DNA of 59,037 nt, filler included, from Squatina squatina (GCA_031763465.1; 3 parts of 3 records of this genome joined end to end with filler, not necessarily neighbours in it); one strand, 5' to 3'. Positions 38,156 to 52,308 are shown, counted from the whole stretch's first letter. The notes: generated from the letters alone by a model not told the origin. A program made the numbers and translations.

Positions 38156-39167
38156 TTCCAAATAAACTGGGCCTGCGAGTGAGGGATAGAAAATACCTAC
38201 CTTCATCTGTATGTACTAACCATCTTGGAAAATCACAGGAGGATTTTGTTTTTGTACATTTTTATATCCACATGTTGTCCCAAGATCTGTCCATAAGCCT
38301 GTAAAATACATAATGTTCAAAGGTCTTGTTTAATGGATGCTATAATAGGCTGGTCAGGTAGGAAAGTAAATATAATGTGACTGGTGTTATTCCACATGAA
38401 GTTGTTAACTGTGATAAAGCCAATTCCCCACTGTTTCAAGGAAAGCTCTAAGCATTAGAAACTCCTAACACATCCCCTTTCATGTAGTTAATGCCCAGAT
38501 GTGATCTTTGAAGTGGACAGAAAGACATTCATACAAGTGAAGAGAGAAGAACGAACCTTATATGTGTTTGACTTGCCCCTTTAAGACAAGATTTCTGGTC
38601 TGTTTTTATTCTTGGGGTAAACTTTGCTAAATTAGAAAGGGCATTATTTTCACTAATACGTTGTGAATACGTTGTGATGCGTACATACGTTCACTAATAT
38701 GTTGTAATATCATCTTTCTCTCTGCAAAGGAAAAACTTTAGATCCCAGCGTTATTTTAATAAATTAGGCAAACAAATTAATGGATGATAAAGGAGCAGGT
38801 CAACACCAGAAGTCTTGCTTATCCATACAATCTGAAATTCACTTTCTAAAACGCGGATTTCATAGCAGATTAAAACACTTTTACAATACTATATACTAAT
38901 CCGTGTATGGATGCACAATTCCACACTGAACCAAACCAAGGTGTTAAGAATGTAGATTCCTGTATCAGGATAAACCTGTAGCTTAACAGTATCGCAGTTG
39001 ACAGCAAGCCTGCGTTATAAGTGTCCTTTTTAGTTACTGTAGAGTAAAAGATTAAACAAGTATGTACTCTCAAGTAGTAGATCAGAATGGGACTGTTTTA
39101 TTGGAACTTGTTTATGTACAAGTTGGCTTGGAGTTAGACCTGTTGCCTGCTCCATAATGGCTGGTTA

Positions 39168-39430
39168 CATAGGAGTGGACCATTCAGCCCCTCGAGCCTG
39201 TTCCGCCACTCAATGAAATCATAGCTGATCTGTATTCTAACTCCATCCACCTGCCTTGGCTCCATATTCATTAATACCCTTGGCTAGCAAATATCCATCA
39301 ATCTCAGATTTAAAATTATTAACTGAGCTCGCATCTACTGCTTTTTGCGGGAGAGTTCCACACTTCTACTACCCTTTGTGTGAAGAAGTGTTTCCAAACC
39401 TCCGCTCCTGAACAGCCTGGCTCTGATTAT
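39168..39430 (-). mobile_element. CR1 LINE 3' end
   Basis: ccattcagcccctcgagcctgttccgcc...gagagttccacac...gaagaagtgtttcc. Confidence 0.85.
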
Positions 39431-39943
39431 AAGGCCGTCTTCACAAGATATACAAGTATTTAGAGGTTCAGTGATGGTGCCCTGATTTAATTGGATTTAT
39501 TTCAGGGATTTCTCTCTTATTTTCTGATCTACTCTGACACTCTACATGATGGCCACAGGGTGGGAGGTGGGACAGCCTTCCAGGTTTAACCGATAGCAGC
39601 CATTTCATATGACAGAGATGATGCTGGCAGTAGCCCTAACTATGATAGCACCGTTGTAATATAATTGAGATTGTGGTGCTGATTGAGATTGAGGGAGAAA
39701 ACCACCTAAAAAGATTGTTTTTGACAAGGGCAGAAGTGCAATTTGTCCACAAATGTAACTGCTGATGCCATCACTCATATAGCCAGTGATGGGAGTTTGA
39801 TAAATTGCAGTCCTTTTGCAGCCAACAGGGAATGTTGAGCATTAATTCCTGAAGGGTTGACAACAATATGCACAATCTTACACTGAAGAAAACCTAACCA
39901 ATAATGTTGATTTTCACAAGCTTGCTGAAGTTATGAGTATTCC

Positions 39944-40059
39944 CTTGTAACCTTGGTTAATTCCATTAATGAACTGAGGACTGGGTGGTGTCCATGTGAA
40001 TCGAATGGTTGTGGAATTGATTGCTTCAGCGTGCACATTTCCTGGAGGCACTGTAGGAA
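39944..40059 (-). CDS. SDK2: Sidekick-2 exon (fibronectin type III domain), 116 nt, non-canonical donor
   Basis: ttcttcccAG acceptor. Encodes (V)[38 protein letters not shown], closer to SDK2 (PPGNVHAEA) than SDK1 (PPQNVQTEA). Followed by GGAATA rather than a GT donor. Confidence 0.88.
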
Positions 40060-41799
40060 CTGGGAAGAACAGCAGAAAAACTTCAAATTGGTTCCACAAG
40101 AAAAGAGGAGAGTAAATAGTGCTTCAAGACCGTCCATTCGTACACATATAGAATAATAAATCCTTTTGCAATCATTTCTGATATGTGTATAATCCTGTTA
40201 TGATCAGTATGCATCAGATGTCATGTTCCTGCATCATATTTACATTAAAATCGGGGATTGGAACTCCGATTGACTTTTTCTGCTATCAAGCTTGACTGTA
40301 AAGGACCTAAATAAAGATGATTTGATTGACATCAGTATTATGTCATTTGAATGTGCAGTTTATTTGATGTTTTCTCTTCTGGGGTTGAGGGTGTGGATTG
40401 ACATCATCATATATGGGTGAGTAATGTCTTTTCTCCTGCAGTGGTCCTGCAATTATGCATTCAAACAGGTGGAATGGGCAGCCTGCTCTAGGCCACCACC
40501 ACCGTTGCTCCTTTATGGACACCAGGGGATTTGTGAAAACAGCCCGATGGACAAAACGGGCTAGAAATCGCATTTGGGGTGCTAACTTTCGCGAGAGCAC
40601 AAAAGTATCATCGGGCGCTACACAACTGATTCAGCAACAAACTTCTGATTTAGCGCTCCAAGAGGGAAGTGGAGCACTAAATCAAGAGCTACCACTTCCC
40701 TTGGAGTGCTAAAGGGAGCAAGAGGGGCGGTAGTGGCAGAGCGCTGTGCAATGTCCCGTGCAGCACTGCCGGATTCACAGGCACCTTCTCTCCCTTAAAG
40801 GGAAGGGCCAATGCTGAGGTCATTGGAGGCTAAGGCTGGGAATGGTCAGCGNNNNNNNNNNNNNNNNNNNNNNNNNNNNNNNNNNNNNNNNNNNNNNNNN
40901 NNNNNNNNNNNNNNNNNNNNNNNNNNNNNNNNNNNNNNNNNNNNNNNNNNNGCACAATGATGTCATAAATACGGTAGCTTTGAGCAAAACGCAGGGATTG
41001 CAGAGGCCCCAACAAAATGGATGCCAGATTGACCCGGAGTCTTTTAAGAGCAAACAGCTTTTACTCATTCTGATTCTTCGATTCTTCCTCACAACTTTTA
41101 AAAAGCCAAAATTCTGGACTAAAATAGCACATGTTTAGTAACGTTGAGGCCACATTTTTTTTTTGCTTCTTATTCACATGACAGTGACTCACCCTCATAT
41201 GAAGTAATGAAAAAAATGCTGATGGCACTGTGAAATGGAACAGTTTTACTGAAGGCAACACTAACTCCAAGCAGGAAGTAAATTCAACAGGGGTTCTCAA
41301 AGTATAAAACTAAATAATACTTCTTAAAGAAAGAGGTATCTCAAGTTCACCAAACCCTCCTGGTGCATAGATGAATTGTAGTTTCTTCCACATCTTTCTG
41401 CATCCACACTATTCCATAACCAATGTGATACATTCCATTAGTTCAAGGCTGTCTAACATGGCTGCTAACAATTCCTGGAAACTCATTGCAAATGCACCAG
41501 ATGGACACCAGCAACAGCGCTCAGCCCAGTGTTTGTGACCTTGCCCGCTCAATGTGGCCAGGAGTATAGCAGTTCCTGCGAGTCCTCCTGTTCTCTCTCA
41601 NNNNNNNNNNNNNNNNNNNNNNNNNNNNNNNNNNNNNNNNNNNNNNNNNNNNNNNNNNNNNNNNNNNNNNNNNNNNNNNNNNNNNNNNNNNNNNNNNNNN
41701 CACAAAAATTCAAAATGGGGGAGGCAGGCATCGCAGGCGGCAGTGTGGCTTACGGAGGACATTGGTCATAACATCTACAGCCTCGGCCAGAACAGGCAG

Positions 41800-41935
41800 A
41801 TTGGGCCTTGGTTTAACACTTCATCCAACAATGCATACTTCCTTCAGTGCTGCGCTGGAGTTTCAGCCGAGATGATCAGGTCTAGCCCCGGGGTATCGTA
41901 CAGCTTTCTGACTCTGAAGTGAGAGCACTGCCAAG
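41800..41935 (-). mobile_element. DeuSINE-like 5' part
   Basis: ggtttaacacttcatcc...ccttcagtgctgcgctggag...ttctgactctgaagtgagag. A related copy lies near 17250-17355. Confidence 0.55.
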
Positions 41936-44309
41936 TTACGCCAAATTGACACCCAACTGTGATTTTAACCCCATTTGCTGATTTAATCCTATCAGTATAA
42001 ATAAAATACTTCCGACAAATAGATAAAGAAAAACTGACTCTCAGAAACATATTTGAATACACTATTTTCTACTGCTTCTTGAACAAGACAAGGTAGCTAT
42101 TACAATTTATTATCAATATTTAGTACAACTAACATAAAATATGGAAGAGTGAAATAATTCAGGTGCAAAAGACGACAGATGTTTCATTTATTTTACTAGG
42201 TGTCTGATCGACTGTGTGTTGTTGGACTTTGTGATGACAACAGGGTTGGTCCTGGAAGAGCTCTATTGACTCAAAGGTATAACTGTGTATACCATTTTCT
42301 GGTCAATAAAGCTTCTCCAGTTTATTATGGCCTGTGTTTGGAGTGAGTTACAGCTGCACAACATAACAGGATGTGTAAGGCCTGTGCCTGTAAATGCTCT
42401 TCCCTGAACTAGATAAATAAGTGGAGTCTTGGTGTCAATAGTGAAGTGGTTACTCGAGAAGCTGTAATCAAGATGCAGTAGTTCTCATTCCATTGAGCTC
42501 AGAGCACAGCAGCTTCAAAGCTGGGAAAATAAAAATCACAAAAGTAGATGTTACCAACTCAACAGCTCAAACACACTCACGTTAGTAAGATAAAGGAAGC
42601 TATAAGAAGTGGAGATGCTAAAATTGCCAACATTTTCGATAGAATAGAGTATCAACTGCTTTGAATTCTATAACAGCAGAATCTGCAACTTCAGTGCTTT
42701 CTGTGAATTCAATGTTCCCTTTAAGCTGCACGACCGGGCAACACGCTGGAACTCCCGCGCAGCTGGTTCACCGGCTTTTCCATGGGGAAAATTACGCATG
42801 TGCGGTATTATGAAAGGGCCCCATGGCCCCTTAAAAAACATTAAAGGGAACATGGATCACATTTTATTCTTGGTGGTGTAAATTCGATTGCAGGGTTATG
42901 TTCTGCCAGTTACATTATAGACATATATGTCGCAGAATTCAGTCAACGGTAGGATATTTTGGTTACATTGCATACTAGGTCAGCATTTACTGAAGAAGGC
43001 AGTTGTCTCATTTACTGTCTTGACTCTTTTGCCAAGATAAAACTACAAGAATTGAATGGAGTTAGTATATAACAGCACAGTGCCACTATTCATTTGTAAA
43101 TCCATTTTATAAGCGTTTTTCTAACATGAAGTAGAAGGCAGCGATGTGTCAGTAAAACCAGCTCTATTTATTTGCTTAGAAACAAAGAAACATAGAAAAT
43201 AGGAGCAGGAGTAGGCCCTTCGGCCCTTCGAGCCTGCTCCGCCNNNNNNNNNNNNNNNNNNNNNNNNNNNNNNNNNNNNNNNNNNNNNNNNNNNNNNNNN
43301 NNNNNNNNNNNNNNNNNNNNNNNNNNNNNNNNNNNNNNNNNNNTCCTTCGGGGTTGCCAGACACAAGCTCTGGGGAAAACACAAAAAAATTGAAGGAACT
43401 GTTATTTTACACTTACACGTGCCCGAGACTGTCAATTGCTCTCATAAAGTCAAAGTCAACTGTACGACATCTAACACAAGAAAAGGAACTGTGTTCATAT
43501 GGTAATGTGATAAAACAATACAGTCATCTGTCCCTCAATCTGTCATAAGCAGATAAGTAACAGTCCAGTGGGAATATTCTTTCAAGTGGTTTTTGTGTCA
43601 AAAAAGCAGTAGTCATGAATGCTAAAGTTATGTTCTTGGATTTTATTGTTTTAACACTACAAAGGGCATGATGCTTTTATAAGTAGAATAAACAGATGCT
43701 CTTTTGAGTATACTTTCTTCTGGCTCACTGCTGCTGGTCAGAACAATGGGCTGCTCATATGGATAGAGAGGTTACAACAAGTCATGACAGATGAAATTAG
43801 CAGCTGCTGCCACTGCCAAGGTTTTTGGAGCCAATTTTCTGCAATATTTTTAACTTCCACAATGAGGGATTTTCTTCATCGCTGGAGCTGCTGACTTTTT
43901 TTTTTGGTCTGTCTTTTTTTCTCAAAACAAGCGTACAATGATGGGAGGAAAAAAAGATAGCCGCTGACCAAATGTGGCTTGACGCACTTGTCGCCACCAA
44001 AATTTAACGGCAGGAGGAGGCCACCTCGACACATTGTGCCTGTGCCAGTGATAGCTCCACGCACGTGCACAACCGACTCCAGTCCAATTTCCCCTTCTGC
44101 TTTAATCATTTTTCTTCAAGTGTTTTTGTAACTTCCTCTGACACAGTCTGATTGCAGTCATGTTTGTGATAATCTATTCACCATTCGATTTTTAAATATT
44201 ATTTTGCCTNNNNNNNNNNNNNNNNNNNNNNNNNNNNNNNNNNNNNNNNNNNNNNNNNNNNNNNNNNNNNNNNNNNNNNNNNNNNNNNNNNNNNNNNNNN
44301 NNNNNNNNN

Positions 44310-44665
44310 ACTCAGCCTCCACAGCTCTCTGGGGTAAAGAATTCCAAAGATTCAGGATCCACAGAGAAGAAATTCCTCCTCATCTCTGTCTTAAATGGGT
44401 GACCCGTTATTCTGAGATTATGCCCCCTAGTCCTAGGCTTCCCCACGAGAGGAAACATCCTCTCCGCATTTACCACGTCAAGCCCCCTCAGGATCTTATA
44501 TGTTTCAATAAGATCACCTCTCATTCTTCTAAACTCCAATGAGTACAGACCCAACCTGCTCAACTTTCCTCATAAGAGAAGCCTTCCATCCAAGGAATCA
44601 ACCGAGTGAACCTTCTCTGAACTGCCTCCAATGCAAATAAGGAGCCCAAAACTGTACAGTACTCT
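44310..44665 (-). mobile_element. CR1 LINE ORF2 C-terminal fragment
   Basis: SRLGLYSLEFRRMRGDLIETYKILRGLD...TRGHNLRI...RRNFFS. Confidence 0.92.
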
Positions 44666-44666
44666 A

Positions 44667-45260
44667 GGGGCTAGAAATTAATTCTTGCCACATTGCAAAC
44701 GTGCATGGGGCGGGCACCAGCATTTCTCTCGCCGATGCCCACCTCGCCCCTCCCGGAATTCAGCGATCCGGGGGCGCATGTGAGGTGCAGTGTGCTCCCG
44801 GTCGCTACTGGGGTGGCTGGCCTTGGACGGCGATGGCGTGGCTCTAGCGCAAGGTCGGAAACGCCGTGTCAGCGCGTTGTGCAGTGATGTCAGCAGCACA
44901 GCCAGGCCCCGGTCATCTTGACAGTGCCCCGCGGGCCACCAACTTTCGGCAGATGGCGAAGTCAGCCAAAAAATAAAGTTGGCGGCCGGAGGCTTTACAG
45001 GTTTTGCTGTCACTGCAACCGCTTCACGCTGAGGCCACCTCCCGTGGGTGAATATTGCCCGCTGGGTGCAATCGGCGCACGAAGGGCATTGCGGCTGTGT
45101 GGTGCGGGTCGATGCGCTTGTTTTGATGACGTCATGCGCTGACCCACCGTGAAATTCAGCTGGGCTAGAGCAATGACCTTTGTGCCCCAGCTGAATTTCG
45201 GGGGAGGTGAGATGTCTGCCTCCCGATGCCATTTTTTCCTTTAACGTCCCATTAGAGCCC
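44667..45260. mobile_element. Non-autonomous Harbinger-type element (MITE-like)
   Basis: Starts ggggctagaaatt, is GC- and CpG-rich, and contains a 14-bp inverted repeat (gaaattcagctggg / cccagctgaatttc). It abuts a CR1 fragment. Confidence 0.6.
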
Positions 45261-46974
45261 CTCAGAGGAGGGCTCCCAGATGTCCTAATGAGTTTTACAT
45301 TTGCACTCTAAGCTCATTGCACAAAGAAAGAGAAACTGTTAGTCCACAATCATTTTATAGTCTAGTCACTTTGTAAATTTTGATAAATACATTTGAGCAC
45401 ATTTTCGTGTTTTAAACTGAGGAGATTCAAAAAAAAACATTGGGAGGTCCAATTACAAAAGCAGACCCTTTGGATATAACAAGTAAATGTAATCCTGGTT
45501 GAGTAATCTTCTCGATGTCAGATGCACAAACAGATTTCATTCCTAGCTTGTAAGTGTCAGGAAGAGAGAACCTTTAAACATGTACTTTATGTAGATATAT
45601 TTCATCAAGCTGCTGTGCTCACAAATAAGAACACCTGCTTACGCTATAACACTGGGGGAAATTTACATTACAAGGGATTTATTATGTCAGAGCAAATGTC
45701 AGATAAGTGATATCCTGACACTGCAAAATAAAAAAAAAAAAATCGAAACAGACGTCCCTAAGTTTGCGATTATTTTTTCTTGGCACAGTAGGAGGGGAGG
45801 CAGGGTGCAACAAAGTGAGAGCAACAGATGGGAGGGATGAAGGTACAGTTTAGCAGACAGGAAAACAGTCTGAGCTTTCATTTAAACACAACAGATTCCT
45901 GACAAACTCTAATGTCCAAAAAAAAACCTCATGCTATAACAGATGCAAAATTCCCTTTGTCAGGAAAATGGCCCACACATGTCAGTCCTTAACAATCCCT
46001 CCATTCCTATTATAGCGGACAGATGTTCAGAACTTTTAGTTGGATGGTTTAGTGAATACAACAATGAATGATATAACTTCCGGATGACTCGGTTTCTGCA
46101 AACTGCACAAGCGGTGAACTAAAGCAAAAATGAGTGCAGAAAGCACTCGGATGGAAAATGAAGCATGGACAAGCAGCCCGGGAGCCACCCGTCTGCACAC
46201 GGGNNNNNNNNNNNNNNNNNNNNNNNNNNNNNNNNNNNNNNNNNNNNNNNNNNNNNNNNNNNNNNNNNNNNNNNNNNNNNNNNNNNNNNNNNNNNNNNNN
46301 NNNCGTAGCAGCTGGAATTTGCAATTCTGTTAGCTAGAGGGCAAGATAACCTCATACTGGCTCATATAACTGAATAACATGTATAGGATTGGGGGAGATA
46401 TTTTTCAGACAGTGGAAAGCAAACATTTCGGTAATAAAGTTTCAGTGAAATTATATTAAAAAGCTTGACAGTGGGAGACTTGTGATGATCACATAGCTTT
46501 CACCAAGGGTAATGAAATGGGAATTACCATAGCTAAGTAGTGCATCATGAAAGAGGAGGGAGCCCATATCTCATGTGAGACAAGAGAATTCATATTTTGA
46601 CTGCTCCGGAAGACATTCAGGGCTCAAATTGTTTGCTTTGCTTTCGTATGGTTTTAGCCACAGCTTAGTTACACTCGAACAAAAGGATCAGATCAGCTAC
46701 TGGACTTGCCGCAGTCTGACCTCCACTTTGCCGTAGACTCAACACCAAAGTATTCCCACTGCACTATTTCTCTTCTGCCTATCACACACTAGTTGCTGTG
46801 TTCCACATGCTATCGCTTGCATTCCTTGAATTTGAACGGAAGGTTATGAAGTGAGACTGGAGAATTTAGGACTTTTTAAAAAAAAAAGAGCTGAGAGGGT
46901 TGAAAGGTGACCTGATAGAGTTCCTCAAGACGACAGAGGGGCTACGATAAGGCAAAGCGAAAGAAAGAAAGGCC

Positions 46975-47180
46975 TCTAGCACCTTTCACAACCTCAGGGT
47001 GTCCCAAAGCACTTCACAGGAATGATGTACTTTTGAAGTGTAGATGTTGTTGTGATATAGGAAAACGCAGCAGCCATTTTTTTTTCGTCCCACAAACAAT
47101 GATGAAACAAGTGAGCAGATCATCTGTTTTAATGATGTTTGTTGAAGGATATATATTTGCCAGGACACTGGGAGAACTTC
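46975..47180 (-). mobile_element. DeuSINE (SacSINE1-like) 3' half
   Basis: Reverse strand reads agttctcccagtgtcctggcaaat...gtgctttgggacaccctgaggttgtgaaaggtgcta, resembling the Deu domain end plus an L2-like tail. Confidence 0.65.
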
Positions 47181-47189
47181 ATATACTGA

Positions 47190-47470
47190 CAGAATGTTTC
47201 CACTGGTTGACGAGGTGGGAGTGAGAGGATACAAATTTAAGATAGTGAAAAAAAGAATGAAAGAAGAGGGAAGAAAATAACCCCTTCCACGAGGGTGTAG
47301 TAGAGTGTGGAATTCTCTGCTAAAAACCACTGTTGAAGCAGAGTTTGTAAATTCTTTAAAAAATGAATTAGGGACTCGCTTGAAAAAGTGGAATATCTAA
47401 AGAGATGAGTGGGAGAAAAACACTCCTGAAGGCTTCATAGTTCAAATGGTCTATTTTGTAATGTTCTATG
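47190..47470 (+). mobile_element. Old CR1 LINE 3' fragment
   Basis: agaggatacaaatttaagata...gtgtggaattctctgc...gttctatgat. Confidence 0.65.
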
Positions 47471-48139
47471 ATTTTAGATGTAGTGGATTGGGTGGGGGGG
47501 GAATGAATTTCCACAGGGATTCTCCCAATTGCCCACCGTAAGTTTGGAACAAGACCCACGGAATCCTTGGAAAAATGGCTCCGTTTACGCCATTTCTCCA
47601 GGAGGTCTGATGCCATCACTTGCAAAATGAGGCCTTAAAACTCACACTGTTGCTTTTTCCAATGGATTTCTTAACTCCTTGGCGAAACGATAGCAGATAA
47701 TATGAGCTGTCAAAGAGAAACAGTTTTAAGGGAGTAGAGTTAGCATTTCCAGGAATGTTTTATATCTCATCCAGCTGCAACTTATGTTGAGGAACATGAA
47801 GGTCCCATGATAGGATGTGGCAAAGGATCTGAGCCAAGATCAAAGTTTTTGTATAAACTGACAGTCTTCTTTGCTCACTTTTGTGTTCAGTGAGACAGGG
47901 TAGCAACATATTGTTTTTGTATTAATGTTTCATTCCACTGTAAAGTTAGGATGAAGGAAATGGCTTGGCTGAGCATTCAGTTGGGTTCAATTGACAAATG
48001 AGCTGACAGTTAGACTGAAATGTAAGCATATGGCCGATGGTCACACACTACTAAATTATTGCAGGTTAATATGACTAGTAACCTCAGTGCTCAAGACATT
48101 TCTATTTATGAGGAACAACAAGGCAACAATTTAAAAAAA

Positions 48140-48212
48140 AATTCATTCATGGGATGTGGGCGTCGCTGGCAAGGCCGGCATTTATTGCCCATCCCTAGTT
48201 GCCCTTGAGAAG
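48140..48212 (-). mobile_element. LINE/SINE 3' tail
   Basis: Near-identical to the copies at 4945, 12646 and 26945. Confidence 0.8.
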
Positions 48213-51200
48213 NNNNNNNNNNNNNNNNNNNNNNNNNNNNNNNNNNNNNNNNNNNNNNNNNNNNNNNNNNNNNNNNNNNNNNNNNNNNNNNNNNNNNNNN
48301 NNNNNNNNNNNNGCTGCATAATTGTATAATAATTCCTTCCTAAAACACCAAAATTAGGAATATGCCAGAAATTACATCTAACATATGTTTTCGTTCATCA
48401 GACTTTTTCATCTGCACTACATATTAATGATAAATGCTGAACCCAAAAGCACAATCTGAATTGGTTCAAAATTTTAAATTTCAAAAAATCTGTTTTAAAA
48501 AAAAATGTTGTAGGGATTTAGATGCATCTGCCAATTTAAAAACAAACAAGTAAAGAAATGATTGGATGTTATTTGTGGTGTTCCTTTCTTCCTGTTAATT
48601 GGTAGCTATGGATAAAATCACACAGCAGCAAAGATGTTCATAATGCTGGTTGGATGGTATTTCCACAGTGTCCAAGCATGGGGATGGAGTTGTACACCTC
48701 ATTCCCTAACAGTTCACTATTTAATCTGTGGAGGTCTCCTGGTGTGCTTGCATTTGTTTTCTGGCGGTATAATATGGTGTTTCCATAGTAGCCTGTGTGT
48801 GGGTCCTTTTCTTGCCCGACTCCTCTTCCCACTAAGTTGTCATGGGAGGAAAGTCACAGAGACTTCCCACGCAGGCCTCTGGCTAAAATGGAAGTTGTGC
48901 CCCGATGACGTCATCAGAGTCCGGCATATTTAAAGAAGGACCCCACTGGATTCCTTCCAGCCTACTTGGGAGGATCAAGTTAAAATTGTAACCTTTGAGA
49001 AGACAGCGAGACATCGCTGCGTTAATCCTACCGGCAGTTTTAACTGCCTGCCCGCCCCCCTGGTTTGACTTTCCATCAGCAAAATTAAATCAGCAATTTT
49101 CATATCTGATAGAAAGTGGATGGGAGGGGGTGTGGCTTTGCAACCAGCATCCCCTGTGAATAACTAGTCCTGCTGTCAATCATAACCATTTCCAAAAATG
49201 ACTTCAGAACAGAAATAAGAATGCTAAAATATTTTGCATATTATTAGTNNNNNNNNNNTACATGAGATGGCTTCTAGGATTTTCCACTCAGTCATGGATG
49301 ATTAGTTATTCAGTTACCCTCAGCTAAATAAATCTTATGTAAACATGATTTTTTTTCTGAATTGTAAACACAAACAATACAGGACCTATCTCTCTGCTCT
49401 GTTGTCTCTCAGCTTGATATATTTTGTGAAATTATTTACATTTTAATTGAAAATCTTAAATTTATTGTCCAGCTGGTATTGCAGCCCTTTTTAAAAATGC
49501 ACAAACAATAAACGATCATAAAAATAGCCGGAAATATAAAAGTGCTTCAGTTTTCCACTCAGGGCATATTTCAACAAAATCCATTTATCTGATATGAAAG
49601 AACATGGAAAATTAGAGACTCTATAGGGGATTTATTGCATAGATTTGTGACTTCCAGGAAATGGGCCAAGCAGAGAATTGTAAAAACAAGGGTGGAAGCC
49701 TGATATAGAAATAGTCTATTGAAAGTGCACTGAAAATTAGTCATTTTTCTGAGCGCAACACTATATTGTCCAGAATGGTTACCGGCACAAATGAGTTCAT
49801 TTATATAATATTAGAATATTTGGTCACTTGACTTAAGATCAAGGCCACATTGAATAATGTTTTTTTTCTCCCTCACAAATGAGCAGCTGCTAATTTTCCA
49901 TGAAGTGCATTCCGTTAGTTCCCTACTACACAGATGACTATATTCTTTGTATTCATTGCTTGTAAACACTATGGAATTTTAACAAATTGTATAATCGAGA
50001 CCCACCAACTGTGATATAAATAAACAGCTTTTGGGATTAGAGGCAAAATCAGCTGTAACAATAGTCAAGGGCACTGTCGTCTATTTCTAAATACGTGACA
50101 TTTATTGATGCTAACTTGGTAAGACTTTAAATATGATTTGCAGTTTTTCATCTATGGTTTATCTTAACCAGAAAGATAACCAGGACTTAAACGGTTAAGT
50201 TATGAGGACAGGTTTTATAATCTTGACTTTTGNNNNNNNNNNNNNNNNNNNNNNNNNNNNNNNNNNNNNNNNNNNNNNNNNNNNNNNNNNNNNNNNNNNN
50301 NNNNNNNNNNNNNNNNNNNNNNNNNNNNNNNNGGCCTTACCTTCATCAAAGGGATTTGTGACCTTTTATAGTGAGTTTTTGATGGTGGTTAAAAGTAATG
50401 GTTTGATATCAAAGTCATTTATATTATTGAGAGATGCATACAGGGATTGGCCTCTTCAATTTAATCCTAGAGCTCCTGGCAGTAGCTGTTGGTGCTCACA
50501 AGGACATTGAGGGACTTGTAATTGGTCTTCAAATACATACACTGGCACAGTGTGTGGAGCACAGTCTTTTGTTTATAAATAATCATTGGCATCTCTCCTG
50601 CCCTGCTCGGATCTGATTGAATTATTTTTGTCTCTGTTGAGGCACAAGGTTAATTGGGAAGATGTCAGGACTTATGCCACTGTTCTTTTTTTACTGTGAG
50701 AAACCCTTGTGCAACACTTTGTTAGGTATGTGATGGTTTTACATGTTTGACATTTTATTGTGCCTCGGTCTTTGAATAAACTGTTAAGAGTCCTGCAGGT
50801 GTGGGCGGGTTAGAGAATTCGAACAAGCAGGGAGGTTACATGGGGACACTTGGGAAATTCAGGGAAGGACGGGAAGGACAGGGTTCCATTTTTCAGCTTT
50901 GATCTTAACAGATATTCACAGAAGAAAGCATGGAAATGCTGCATCAATCCGGCAGCGGAAAAAAATCACAAAAATACAACGGCTTAGTTGGTTGGTCTGA
51001 ACTAAAAAGCCATTATTGCCATTAAAGGGATAATTACTTTAGTTATTTGGAGGAAAAGATTAGTTCAATGGAATGACAAGAGAAGTTTTTTATTTATTTA
51101 TAATCTTTTTTGAGATACGGGGCTNNNNNNNNNNNNNNNNNNNNNNNNNNNNNNNNNNNNNNNNNNNNNNNNNNNNNNNNNNNNNNNNNNNNNNNNNNNN

Positions 51201-52224
51201 NNNNNNNNNNNNNNNNNNNNNNNNGGGAAGTGCCCTAGAACAGTTGTCACAACCTCGCTGATGTTGGCACAACTGCGCTGCTGAAGGTAACTCTGGCGCA
51301 AGTACCAATTGAACTTGGGACTGAGTCTCAAGACTCTTAATCGGGAGGTTACAAGTTCTACTATTATATCTGTCAACCCATGCAGTTTTCGCCCCTTTCA
51401 CAATGAGAGACCATCCTCTATATGGATAAGACCTTTTTTAAAGTGGTATTATTCCAAATAAGTGAGCAGTGCGCTGCATAGTAGAGTTTTAAAGCAACGA
51501 GGATTGAAGTCCAGTGATTTACACATTTATACCCTGAGCATTTTTTCAAACTACCCTTTAACTTATAACCACTTAACTTTGCAGTAGCAGCAACACTGGG
51601 CCGTTTGTACCATTCGCACATTCCCTTTAATTCGGAACAGCTGCAAATTAGGTGCACACCCAAATTAGCAGACACTTTATGCAAATACTTATTTCTCTTC
51701 TTCCTTGGCTAGCAACAGTGGAATGACTAATTTTAAGGACCCACCCTGCTGGGCAGCACAAGGCCACTGCACACAGAGGAAATCTCTATTGTTAACATTC
51801 AAAATATGTGTTTATTGTTAGGAGGCTTGGCTGTGCAAAGTGCAGTGCCAATCACGCTCGCTCATCGCAAGACAAATACTGGTGTGGGCAGGCGGGAAGG
51901 AATTAGACGCTGCTTGATCCCTGGCCTAGGCTTGGNNNNNNNNNNNNNNNNNNNNNNNNNNNNNNNNNNNNNNNNNNNNNNNNNNNNNNNNNNNNNNNNN
52001 NNNNNNNNNNNNNNNNNNNNNNNNNNNNNNNNNNNCGTGGCGCTAACCAATTGGGACCCCTATGTTCAAGTTAACTACCCTTAACAAGAACAACTTCTCA
52101 TTTAGTTGAAGTGACTAATAAGTTGATAAAGTTGTAGGGGTGCTAATATCAGCTTTCTTTCTCTCCCCGGCATACGCTTCTGTCTGGAACATCTGCTTTC
52201 CTTCTTTGTCTTCCAAGCTCCTGC

Positions 52225-52308
52225 TTTTCACTGACGAAGGGTCACAGACCTGAAACATTAACTCTGGTTCTCTCTCCACAGAGTCTGCCGGACGTGCTGA
52301 GTATTTCC
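52225..52308 (+). mobile_element. Penelope-like terminal repeat with a hammerhead-like motif
   Basis: ctgacgaagggtcacagacctgaaacattaac...tgctgagtatttcc. Confidence 0.65.

Noticed and set aside
38649-38710. Short direct repeats (ttcactaatacgttgt, aatacgttgtg) as an array
   Set aside because: A small local duplication without regular repeat-spacer structure. Nothing CRISPR-like is present in this eukaryotic window.
44678-45232. 184-aa ORF or CpG-island promoter
   Set aside because: It lies inside a GC-rich MITE-like element, where stop-free frames occur by chance.
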